Sequence record: OR513085.1
Strand: one strand, 5' to 3'
Length of the DNA stretch: 64,000 nucleotides
Both the position numbers and the translations under genes were made by a program. The notes beneath the pieces were generated by a model. The model ran no database searches. It was not told where the DNA came from and saw nothing but the letters and a program-made list of their open reading frames with translations. Of this stretch, positions 40,401-48,468 are shown piece by piece; the first letter of the stretch is position 1, and each line of letters begins with the position of its first letter.

Positions 40401-41403
40401 TGCTATTGATAAACTTGAACTTTCAGAAGGCCAGTTAGCCAGAGTTAACGAATTGAAGCTAACAATTGCAGATGCTGAAGCTAAAGTCAAAGCTAACAAT
40501 GATGCTGTCGAAACGTTACGACTTTCTATAGCAGAGCTTCCTAAAAAGCTAGAAAACGTTCAGCTTGAAATTGCTAATGACGAAGCATTCCGTGAAGCCA
40601 ATACATCAGAAGCACTTTACAAATTGCTGCTAACTCAAAAAGGTTCAGTAGAATCTGGCGAAAAGTTGTTAGAACGAATTGTAGTTGCTGAGAAAAACCT
40701 ACAAGACAATGAGGTAGTAGAGGCTGAAATTAAGCTACAGGAATCGAAGACTGACGAATACAAGAAGGCTTTAAATTTGGCAAATAGCGAAGCGGCTAAA
40801 CTACGTATACGTTTAACTACGTTGAAAACTCAGAAAGCCGGGCTTGAGTCAGTTATTGACGAAATCAAGGACTATGAGCATGCTAACAATATTTGGTCAA
40901 TGTTTATTCACACAATCGGAATCAAAGGATTGAACAAATACGTCTTCGATACTATTGCATTGCAAATTAATGCTGAGTTAAATTCGTTACTTGATGGTCT
41001 TAACTACAGGATTTTCTTTGACTTAGGTGATGGCTATGCATTGAAAATGGTTGACTTACTTGGTAACGCATCTATACGTAACCTATACACAATAGGCGGT
41101 ATGGAATCGACGCTAGGCTCATTGGCATTGCTAACAGTCATAAAGTCCAAGACAATCAAAAATAACGGAGACTTTATGTTCCTTGATGAAATTACCGGAA
41201 AGCTTAACAATTCCAAGGACACTAAAGGAACTGATGCTACAAACAAAGACTACCACTTTGAGTTCTACACAATTTTGAAAAAGCTATCGCAGAATATCAA
41301 CATTTGCATAGTTGACCATGCATTACCAATTGAATGGTTTGCCTCAGTTATCGACATTGTTAAGTACGACAACGGAGTATCTGACATTGTACAGTCAGTT
41401 TAA
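37423..41403 (+). CDS. fused Mre11/SbcD (gp47-like) nuclease and Rad50/SbcC (gp46-like) ATPase
   Basis: phosphoesterase motifs SADVQ, GDMFE, GNHD, GDIH; Walker A GNNGTGKT; long coiled coil with CQIC zinc hook; signature-like IGGME; Walker B FLDE. Confidence 0.9.
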   Translation: MSIKIYHSADVQVNCAGKHSNRYNEHVYMLTQQSSTVINEGYDLAVFVGDMFERANTTDTEKSLLVNHLIKPILDAGIPIFWTDGNHDLKQSKFSFDPGDGSKKDEVGVLRALTDFIDSPLLTYGEETGFYNMGEFKGQNVIIACWSHKAKYSTEAKFKSPWLELDAKPAEKQESIRAALANSIVFDTYHDPVRNVKNFDGKVVRGDNEARTDISEFLGDFCLMGDIHMPSIMRTPNRAADFFASYPSSPMILYFGEGDYYTNFTLVDERNPHHGFNHVVVHSKTSKEVTFVPYNQHTTRHTITITEDFDVDAIPDFELKNASAINNMVRLVMTTFEGIEQVDKLIKHLQNKYTVSIDIQTKVNQTLTQNSLDESFNISDLSDKDYLMKIATQCITDKVNATRDSDEYKLRLIEDTVKVFESALDNTQYVVPLSKYKFQTLDLHNFMPINELKLDFDQIRNLGSIVKINGNNGTGKTTIYKGLLWIATGKIDWRQSENKSKRNALDYFNDKAWDKDTTAGRLVVTLNDERIEVSRSITRLWAAKTSDTHKKSVNWKHHVWRVDENLEVKVNGEVLAEKDADEKLLEVFGDFYKFQSMHVVNQAHLDHLLLNLPLDKLIDYILKSIGFTVAEQLKANLEPERSRLFKDLVKHGKDIAGINIDIGIKETEIVQTEENIADVEKQIDQATDEISKVGTMLNQLNAKLHVVSDEDKANVSKKEQIVEQMSGLQLAIKETQYKIDNPVWSEEKQQGLAALKAEQVKLNGDLLTGTSRISELQSTNVILNNTVFTASGEITNINVAHANEKAQAKSDLQKAKADNLATIANSINQILDAVNAEAKERNAEVGEKLDELNEAIRATKESKSQYESAVAKLEGQIESEQKQIDKLNSGQCQICDKSYAELPTVKAEIAKHQATIDTANANITTIKGHIEKFEATIAANEQSIVTTEALRKEVVTQLTQLTQEQLTANITQLTEIKRLTDENKDEYIQTKSDAIDKLELSEGQLARVNELKLTIADAEAKVKANNDAVETLRLSIAELPKKLENVQLEIANDEAFREANTSEALYKLLLTQKGSVESGEKLLERIVVAEKNLQDNEVVEAEIKLQESKTDEYKKALNLANSEAAKLRIRLTTLKTQKAGLESVIDEIKDYEHANNIWSMFIHTIGIKGLNKYVFDTIALQINAELNSLLDGLNYRIFFDLGDGYALKMVDLLGNASIRNLYTIGGMESTLGSLALLTVIKSKTIKNNGDFMFLDEITGKLNNSKDTKGTDATNKDYHFEFYTILKKLSQNINICIVDHALPIEWFASVIDIVKYDNGVSDIVQSV

Positions 41404-41424
41404 CATGCAAAACATTTTTAACTA

Positions 41425-41461
41425 AAAATGGCCAAAACTTTTAAAAAGTTTTGGCCATTTT
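41425..41461. repeat. 37-bp inverted repeat abutting an early promoter
   Basis: AAAATGGCCAAAACTTTT-A-AAAAGTTTTGGCCATTTT. Confidence 0.9.
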
Positions 41462-41494
41462 GTTTTCATATGTCGAAAAAAATGATTAAATTTA
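41460..41494 (+). promoter_or_regulatory. phage early-type promoter
   Basis: ATGTC-N12-TAAATTTA. Confidence 0.7.
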
Positions 41495-41518
41495 CATATA
41501 ATTAAAAAATCAAAAACA

Positions 41519-41704
41519 ATGTTTCAGTTTATCATAACAAACGCAATTCCATTACTTTATGCAATAGCTGCTATGCAGTTATTTATGCTGTTCTTTATGC
41601 AACTATTGTATTGGGACAGACTTAGTAAATGGACAATGATTACTTCATTTATTCCAGTTATAGGTGCAGCAATTATGATATACGAAATTAACTCAAACAA
41701 ATAG
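41519..41704 (+). CDS. small membrane protein
   Basis: two hydrophobic segments. Confidence 0.65.
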   Translation: MFQFIITNAIPLLYAIAAMQLFMLFFMQLLYWDRLSKWTMITSFIPVIGAAIMIYEINSNK

Positions 41705-41711
41705 AACGACT

Positions 41712-42128
41712 ATGAACACTAACAACTTACCAATATTTAACAATGTACCTGTAGATTTATACCACAGAAGCATGTCGTATGCGGACATTATGCACATGGT
41801 ACTAGACACTAAAGATATAGTGTTGCCAAACTACCTTGATGCAACATACATCACTACAGAAAATGGCCAGCTTATGGCTGATGCTATAAGCGCAGGTTTC
41901 CAAATGTCACCAATATTCTTTGTACATAATGTTTCTACAAACAAAACGCCAATAACTCTAGCAAACGCTAACTTACTTGGCGTAATAAGTTGTATGCTAG
42001 GTGCCTTACCATCGCAACTACACCAACGTAAACTACGTTTATTACCGCTTAATGTAGTATGCTTAACAGTAGCTAGCAGTGCAGAACAAACTAACTTAGT
42101 ATCAACTTTAAACAAATTTTACAAATAA
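41712..42128 (+). CDS. degenerate DUF262/ParB-like domain protein (tentative)
   Basis: IVLPNYL...LMADAISAGFQMSPIFFV recalls IP.YQR...LIDSI..G.PI..IF. Confidence 0.35.
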   Translation: MNTNNLPIFNNVPVDLYHRSMSYADIMHMVLDTKDIVLPNYLDATYITTENGQLMADAISAGFQMSPIFFVHNVSTNKTPITLANANLLGVISCMLGALPSQLHQRKLRLLPLNVVCLTVASSAEQTNLVSTLNKFYK

Positions 42129-42129
42129 C

Positions 42130-42690
42130 ATGAAACGAATTATCGAAGCTATAAAAGCATTCTTTGGCAACAAGCATTTTGAAGAACCTAGCATAACTTA
42201 TCACAAAATGGACTTCCTGGCAGGCAGTGAACCTGAGGAGCTTGCAATGACAACTTTTCCAAAAGACCAAGTCAAGATTAACGAAAACAAGGCTAAAGGA
42301 ATTAAACTACATAAAGCATTTGGTACAGTATGTACGTCATTTAATGTTTTACGTAATGATAGCTCACGTACGTACGTTGCGGACGTTTACTTTACTAAAG
42401 TAGATGGTATAGTTTACAAAGGTAAGCTAGATAACAAGCAAGTTATGCAATTTGTAGATTTTGCAGGACTTTATGAAGTAATTTTGCAATCTACAGATGA
42501 CGTCGAGCAAGGCGATACTATCAAAATTTATCAGATCAACTTAACAGAATCTGTAGTTACAATTAACTTTGAATTTGATGAGGCGCATTACTCTAAACAT
42601 TTTGAAATTGATGATTGTATGCAGCATGACTTATTCAATAAAGATGCTATAATAAACGTTGCATTGAAGTACTATGAGACAGCTGAGTAG
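42130..42690 (+). CDS. hypothetical protein
   Basis: operonic ORF. Confidence 0.7.
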   Translation: MKRIIEAIKAFFGNKHFEEPSITYHKMDFLAGSEPEELAMTTFPKDQVKINENKAKGIKLHKAFGTVCTSFNVLRNDSSRTYVADVYFTKVDGIVYKGKLDNKQVMQFVDFAGLYEVILQSTDDVEQGDTIKIYQINLTESVVTINFEFDEAHYSKHFEIDDCMQHDLFNKDAIINVALKYYETAE

Positions 42691-43120
42691 TTGGATAGCA
42701 AAAACGTTAAGCTTTCGTAATGCTAAACGTTTGGAACGTAGCTTTAGCGAGCATATAATCGTTTTTAGTAATAACGGTTTTGTAGGAAAAACGCAAATAC
42801 AATACAAAGATGTTAACCGACATGACTTTGGCGTGGCTTTGCTAGACACTGAAATACTTAAAGCTACTGGTGCTATCAATGAATCTGCATTAGAATATGA
42901 CGGCGTAATGAAGTATTTCCGCTATGAACCACAAAGACAATTGTTTTATGTTAAGTTCTATGACAACAAAATTCAGGACCACGTTACTATGCAATATACG
43001 CTAAGCTATGTTTTACGTAAAAGCTTTATACGTCACAACCATTTGTTGGAATATCTTGCTAACTATAAATCATTTGACTACAAAAAAGTAATTGACGAGT
43101 TTGATGTTAACTTAGGCTAA
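42674..43120 (+). CDS. hypothetical protein
   Basis: operonic ORF. Confidence 0.6.
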   Translation: MRQLSSWIAKTLSFRNAKRLERSFSEHIIVFSNNGFVGKTQIQYKDVNRHDFGVALLDTEILKATGAINESALEYDGVMKYFRYEPQRQLFYVKFYDNKIQDHVTMQYTLSYVLRKSFIRHNHLLEYLANYKSFDYKKVIDEFDVNLG

Positions 43121-43125
43121 GCTTA

Positions 43126-43168
43126 TATGCTTTAGCTTGCGCAATTTGCTAACAAATTGTGTACATAT
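43126..43168 (+). promoter_or_regulatory. conserved hairpin element copy 4
   Basis: TATGCTTTAGCTTGCGCAATTTG-CTAA-CAAATTGTGTACA. Confidence 0.55.
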
Positions 43169-43205
43169 AACCACAAACAAAAACAACTTACAATTTTTAA
43201 CCGAC

Positions 43206-44243
43206 ATGACAAAGACAAAATTAATAACATTCTTGTATACTTTTGCCAATGAGGCGCATATTTCAGGTAAACATATTCTTATAGCTAACCTAGCATACTT
43301 AAAAACTTTGCAAAACAAATATGACTGCGAAGTCTATGTTTACAAAAAGTCTAAAATTCGCACATTCAATGATGGAATGCTTGATGCTATGGGATTCAAA
43401 ACTGCCAATGACAAGGACCTTGCTGAAATAGAATTTGACCACTTCGCTTATGCTGGTACAGGCTCGCAAAAATTTGTTCTGCCTGCACATTTACGAAGAA
43501 ACTTTTATCCAAGCATTGAAGGCGAGGCTTACGAATCACTTGAACATATGCAGGATAATTCGTCAAAAGTTTACTACACTGCGGCATTTAACTACCTCAA
43601 AGACAAGAAAAACGTATACAACTATGTTATTGACCCGCTATACGATAACATTTACCTTGACATGAATTACTTTTACTTCTGCAACTATCCTGATGTTGAC
43701 GGCGAAAAGCTTAATGAATGTCATGCTGAACGTTTAGCATATTACAATGTCTATGTCGAGCTAATTAAACAATTCTACCCAGAGCTTTTTTACGTTAAAG
43801 ACGCTGAGCGTATCAACGATGTTTACGCTAACTTTGCTAACGTTAAACGCTTCAACAACAAACGTTCAGACTACTTATTAGATGCTATTGACAAAGGCTT
43901 AGGGATTAACAACCACAATTCTAAGTTTATTGACTCTATAAGCTACATGACTAATCTTTGTAAGCATAGATTTACGTTAGCTACGTATAGCTACGACCCT
44001 AGAACGTTTTCGCTACTTAGATGCTTAGATGCTTTAGCGTTAGGCTTAGTTCCAATGGTTGCTGTAGAATATAGCGATTTAGTAAATTTCATGGGTGCAG
44101 AGTTTGCAGACTATCTAAAAAGTCAAGGACTTATAACTGCAGAACCTGACTTTGATTTTGCTAAGCTACAAGCCTGGGATGATTCAAAATTTGCAGAAGT
44201 TCGACAACAACTTAAAAACTTACTAAACATTAACAACATATAA
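43206..44243 (+). CDS. third GT-B-like glycosyltransferase (RB69-type arabinosyltransferase-like, tentative)
   Basis: VYNYVIDP and FTLATYSYDPRTFSLLRCLDALALGLVPMV parallel GT-B motifs; likely start ATG 43206. Confidence 0.55.
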   Translation: MTKTKLITFLYTFANEAHISGKHILIANLAYLKTLQNKYDCEVYVYKKSKIRTFNDGMLDAMGFKTANDKDLAEIEFDHFAYAGTGSQKFVLPAHLRRNFYPSIEGEAYESLEHMQDNSSKVYYTAAFNYLKDKKNVYNYVIDPLYDNIYLDMNYFYFCNYPDVDGEKLNECHAERLAYYNVYVELIKQFYPELFYVKDAERINDVYANFANVKRFNNKRSDYLLDAIDKGLGINNHNSKFIDSISYMTNLCKHRFTLATYSYDPRTFSLLRCLDALALGLVPMVAVEYSDLVNFMGAEFADYLKSQGLITAEPDFDFAKLQAWDDSKFAEVRQQLKNLLNINNI

Positions 44244-44256
44244 CAAAATTTAAACA

Positions 44257-45237
44257 ATGTCAATTTTCCAGCCTAGAAAACACTATAAACCATTTGAATA
44301 TCCGCAAGTACTACAATTCACAGAAGCCATGCAAAAAGGCTTCTGGGTACATTCTGAAGTAGATTTTACTGCGGATGTTCAAGACTTCCATTCACAACTT
44401 GAACCATTTGAACAAAATGCAGTTAAGAATGCTTTACTTGCAATCGCACAAATCGAAGTTTCAGTTAAAACATTTTGGGGTAACCTTTACAACTTATTTC
44501 CTAAGCCTGAACTTAACGGTTTAGGCGCTACTTTTGCCGAATGTGAATTTCGTCATTCGGAAGCATACTCTAGGCTACTTGAAGTTCTTGGCTTCAACGA
44601 CGAATTTGAAAAAGTTCTTCAAGTACCTGCAATTGCTAAACGTATTGCACAGCTTAACTTGGCTAGAACTGACTATCCTAACTTAACAGAGGAACAGGCA
44701 AAAACAGTTAACTTACTTATGTTTGCTGTGCTTGTTGAGAATGTTTCGTTATTTTCACAATTCGCTACGGTACTATATAAGTCCCGATTCTACGGTGTCA
44801 TGAAAAATGTCGCAAATATAATAAATTGGACCTCAATTGATGAGGGATTGCATGGACAGGCCGGGCTAATGCTAATCAATATAATAAAGGAAGAGCACCC
44901 GGAAATTTTTACTGATGACCTTAAAGCCGAGATCGTTAACAAAATTCGCGAGTCTATCGACATAGAAGCCGAAATTAATGCTTGGATTTTTGAGCAGGGC
45001 GACTTTGAAAAATGTACACAGGCCGACTTGTTAGCTTACATGAAGCAAAGAGTTAACGATAGTATGGAAGTTATTGGCTTTGACAAACCATTCTCAGCAG
45101 ATGAAATAGTTTTGGCTAAAAATTTAAAATTCTTTGAGGAGGAGGTGTATGCTAATTCTTTGGATGACTTTTTTGCCCGCAGACCGGTTGACTATTCTAA
45201 GCATGACAAATCAATTACTGCCAATGACTTATTCTAA
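44257..45237 (+). CDS. nrdB: ribonucleotide reductase class I beta subunit (Flavobacterium-type, class Id-like)
   Basis: AQIEVSVKTFW, ECEFRHSEAY, VENVSLFSQF, IDEGLH, DFFARRPVDY. Confidence 0.95.
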   Translation: MSIFQPRKHYKPFEYPQVLQFTEAMQKGFWVHSEVDFTADVQDFHSQLEPFEQNAVKNALLAIAQIEVSVKTFWGNLYNLFPKPELNGLGATFAECEFRHSEAYSRLLEVLGFNDEFEKVLQVPAIAKRIAQLNLARTDYPNLTEEQAKTVNLLMFAVLVENVSLFSQFATVLYKSRFYGVMKNVANIINWTSIDEGLHGQAGLMLINIIKEEHPEIFTDDLKAEIVNKIRESIDIEAEINAWIFEQGDFEKCTQADLLAYMKQRVNDSMEVIGFDKPFSADEIVLAKNLKFFEEEVYANSLDDFFARRPVDYSKHDKSITANDLF

Positions 45238-46325
45238 CATAGGCATACAAATAAACTTATCCGAGTTGCACAAAAACCCGGATAAGTTTTTTGACATTAT
45301 AGATCATAATTGCTATACAATTTACAAAGTTACCAATTTAGTTAACAACAAGTCGTATATAGGCGATACTAAAATAAGTTTACGTGTACGAATATTTGAT
45401 CACATACATGGCAGTTTTGCTAAAGTTCCATTGCATTTATATAATGCAATTAATAAGCATGGCCTTGAAAATTTTGCAGTAGAGGTAGTGTCATATAACG
45501 AACATGATACCGAAAAATTCTACATTGACAAATATGACACATGGTATAATGGATATAATGCAACAAAAGATGGTAAATTTTATCAACGGCATGCATATGA
45601 CAAAACTATATCAGTTTTTAGCAAACAATTAGATATTTATCGTCGAATTAAACCTTTTGAACTTGACACGTATTTGTCTAATGGATGGGTAAAACGAAAC
45701 GTTCATTCAGATTATAAGTGCATATACAATGAAAGTTTAGACATTTATACAAAGGTGCATAAAAATGAACTTGACACGTATTTGTCTAATGGATGGATAT
45801 TGCAAGGTTTAAATACTGGCACAGTATATATGACTACTAATGATGGCAAGCGTACTAAAATAAAGCCTGAATTAGTACAAGACAAATTATTACAAGGGTA
45901 TACTATTGGCTGGGGACCTAATGACCCAGACAGCCGTAAATACATACCGGTGCATAACGCTGAACATACAGTAAAAGTTTCAAAAAAACGAACTGCAGAA
46001 ATTTTTAGACAATGGTTTTATGCGAGGACTGCATCCAAATGACAGAAAAACTAAAGACAGAGGGCTATATACGTATGTGCATAATTATGTTTCGCAAAAG
46101 CGTATATTACGATCTGAACTTGACACGTATTTGTCTAATGGATATGTTAGTGCTAAGTTAGCTCAATCTAAAATTAAAGTTAGAGTAATTAATTGCATAA
46201 ACAAATGCAAAGAACTTAACTTAGAAATTAACGAAGAAAATTTTAACAGTGTACGTAATCAAGGCGATATACGTTTCATAGAGTATACTAAAACAAAAGA
46301 GGCATTCCCCTCATTTTTCAACTAA
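45224..46325 (+). mobile_element. free-standing GIY-YIG homing endonuclease split by a +1 frameshift at A7 (45982-45988)
   Basis: TIYKVTN..YIG motif; ELDTYLSNG repeats continue in the +1 frame ORF 46020-46325. Confidence 0.8.
45658..46143 (+). repeat. three exact 29-bp direct repeats TGAACTTGACACGTATTTGTCTAATGGAT
   Basis: at 45658, 45766 and 46115; encode ELDTYLSNG. Confidence 0.9.
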
Positions 46326-46345
46326 CTAAAATACAAAACAAACAC

Positions 46346-46639
46346 ATGACAATTATCAATCAGGTAGCAACTTACCTAAGCACAGAAAAGTATCAAAAAG
46401 AGTACAAAGCACAATACGAAGACCGTGTTGTAAGAATGCATGACGAATTTATGGAAGTGTTCAGACGATATTCTGGTCTTGGCGCATTCATAAACAACAC
46501 TGAAGCTTTTGCTAAAGTTGACGAAGGTCACCGAAACTTAATGCCTAAGCAATACAAAGCAATGGGCGATTACTTAAAGGCTTTGGGTGCCAGAATTATC
46601 TTGGATGCTAAAAACTTTCCTAACGTAACTGAGGACTAG
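46346..46639 (+). CDS. hypothetical protein
   Basis: ORF with A/C-rich leader. Confidence 0.65.
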   Translation: MTIINQVATYLSTEKYQKEYKAQYEDRVVRMHDEFMEVFRRYSGLGAFINNTEAFAKVDEGHRNLMPKQYKAMGDYLKALGARIILDAKNFPNVTED

Positions 46640-46641
46640 CT

Positions 46642-47106
46642 ATGGAAATACGTAAGTACGAAGATGGCATGACTCTTGGCGAACATGAGTACTTGCTAAA
46701 AGTAAACAATACTTTCATTGAATATCCTGAGTTCTGTGCAAAGTCTGGATTTTTAACTAAACTAAATGCAGGTAACAAAAAGCCTCCTAAAAAGTTCTTG
46801 GACTGGGGTAATGAATACACTCATAGAAAGAATCCAAATAACAACTACAGCTACATTCGCGAACATTTGTATTCGCCAGAAATTTTTGTAGTAGACCAAT
46901 CTGAATTTAGAAGAGGCTGGGCTTTACTTGGCTACAGATCGGGAGAATCACAAGACTGGGTTAAAATTCTACACCCTGACGGTTACATTCTTGAAGTCCA
47001 TGCTAAGCATTTTTATGACGATATTTTGCCAAGAGTCACAATTGACTTATGCAAAATTATGGCAGAAATGCGATGGGTAGATGGCAAGCTTGAACTTATT
47101 GACTAA
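46642..47106 (+). CDS. hypothetical protein
   Basis: operonic ORF. Confidence 0.7.
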   Translation: MEIRKYEDGMTLGEHEYLLKVNNTFIEYPEFCAKSGFLTKLNAGNKKPPKKFLDWGNEYTHRKNPNNNYSYIREHLYSPEIFVVDQSEFRRGWALLGYRSGESQDWVKILHPDGYILEVHAKHFYDDILPRVTIDLCKIMAEMRWVDGKLELID

Positions 47107-47128
47107 ACAAACTTTTTAAACATTTTAT

Positions 47129-47161
47129 AGAAGAGGACGTGCAAAAGTACGTCCTCTTCTT
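47129..47161 (+). terminator. intrinsic terminator
   Basis: AGAAGAGGACGT-loop-ACGTCCTCTTCT. Confidence 0.75.
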
Positions 47162-47200
47162 GTATTATAGAACAATAATATATAATTAAACAACAGATAA

Positions 47201-48424
47201 ATGTACAAATTCATATACGTCTGGTATAACAAAGCCAGATTTTTTGACAAAACTAAAGACTTACCTTGGATTTATATCGGCATGCACAGAGGGCATATTG
47301 ACGATGGTTATATATCGTCTTCAATTTACTTAAATACTGAAATGCAACAAGATACTGGCAATAATTGGCAGCGTATAATTATTAAGCGTTACGAAGATTC
47401 CGTAAGCGTAGAAGAAGTTTATGCACATGAATGCGCATTGATACGTGCAGCATTTAAACGATATGGCTTTAGCAAAGTACTTAATAGAACTGCAACATTT
47501 AATAAGCCAACATCAAAGGGAAAAGTAAGACTTATAGTACCTGATTCTAATGGTGCTATGATTTGGGTGCCTAAGGCAAATAAAGAAGCATACTTGGAAC
47601 TTGGATATGCTACATTAGCAGGTAAATATAAAACTATTGGTAAGCTTAAAATAACTAACGGCGAAGAAAATAAATTAGTAACAAAAGAAGCTTTTGCTGA
47701 AATGGACCAAAGCATTTGGCGCATTGGTCAGACTAACCGAGTTGAATTTGGAAAAGCTATAAACAAAGATGGTCAAGTAAGATATGCAAAAAGTCATGAA
47801 CTAGATTCATTTTTAGCAGAAGGCTGGACATTAGGAATAGGTAAACGACCAAAATCTCCTAAAGCTGGCGACTCTATGCGCGGTAAAGTTGCTATAAATA
47901 AAGATGGACGTAATAAGTATGTAATGCCTGAAGAACTTGACACTTTTTTAGCAGATGGTTATATTAGAGGTACTGTAAAATGCCCTACTGAAAATCTAAT
48001 TTGCGTGAACAAAGATGGTAAAAACAAATTTATAATGCATGAAGAGGTCGATGCGTTTTTAGCAGATGGCTGGACATTAGGTAACACTAAACGAGGTAAG
48101 CGTAGACTTATGAATAATGGCGAGCATGCTAAACATGTACCAAATGAAGAGGTCGATGCGTTTTTAGCAGATGGTTGGGTATACGGCAAAATAATAAATG
48201 CTGATGCAGAACGCAAAGTATGCATCAACAAAGACGGCAGTACTAAATTCGTATCGCCATCCGTAATTGAAGCATTCTTAGCAGATGGTTGGAAGTATGG
48301 CAGCCCTAACAAAGGCTCACGAAAACTTATGACTAAAGATGGTGAGCGTAACAGGTATATAAATGAATCTGACATAGAAGCATTCTTAGCAGATGGCTGG
48401 ACATTAGGCAATAAAAAAGTATAA
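47201..48424 (+). mobile_element. free-standing Seg-like GIY-YIG endonuclease with about 6 C-terminal repeats
   Basis: FIYVW...IYIGMH.G..DDGY.SSS; repeated NKDG..K.V...E.DAFLADGW..G. Confidence 0.8.
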
Positions 48425-48468
48425 TAACAACATATCAAAATTTAAACTTTCAAAAAGAAAACATTTTT

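Noticed and set aside
39000-41000. Long coiled coil as a tape measure protein
   Set aside because: It is flanked by Walker A/B and contains a CxxC hook, so it is the Rad50 arm
45658-46143. 29-bp direct repeats as a CRISPR mini-array
   Set aside because: Spacing of 108 and 349 bp is irregular, the repeats encode an in-frame protein motif, and there are no cas genes
48039-48400. Repeats in the second endonuclease or tail fibre as DGR template/variable regions
   Set aside because: Differences are not adenine-specific, the repeats are coding modules, and no reverse transcriptase is present in the window
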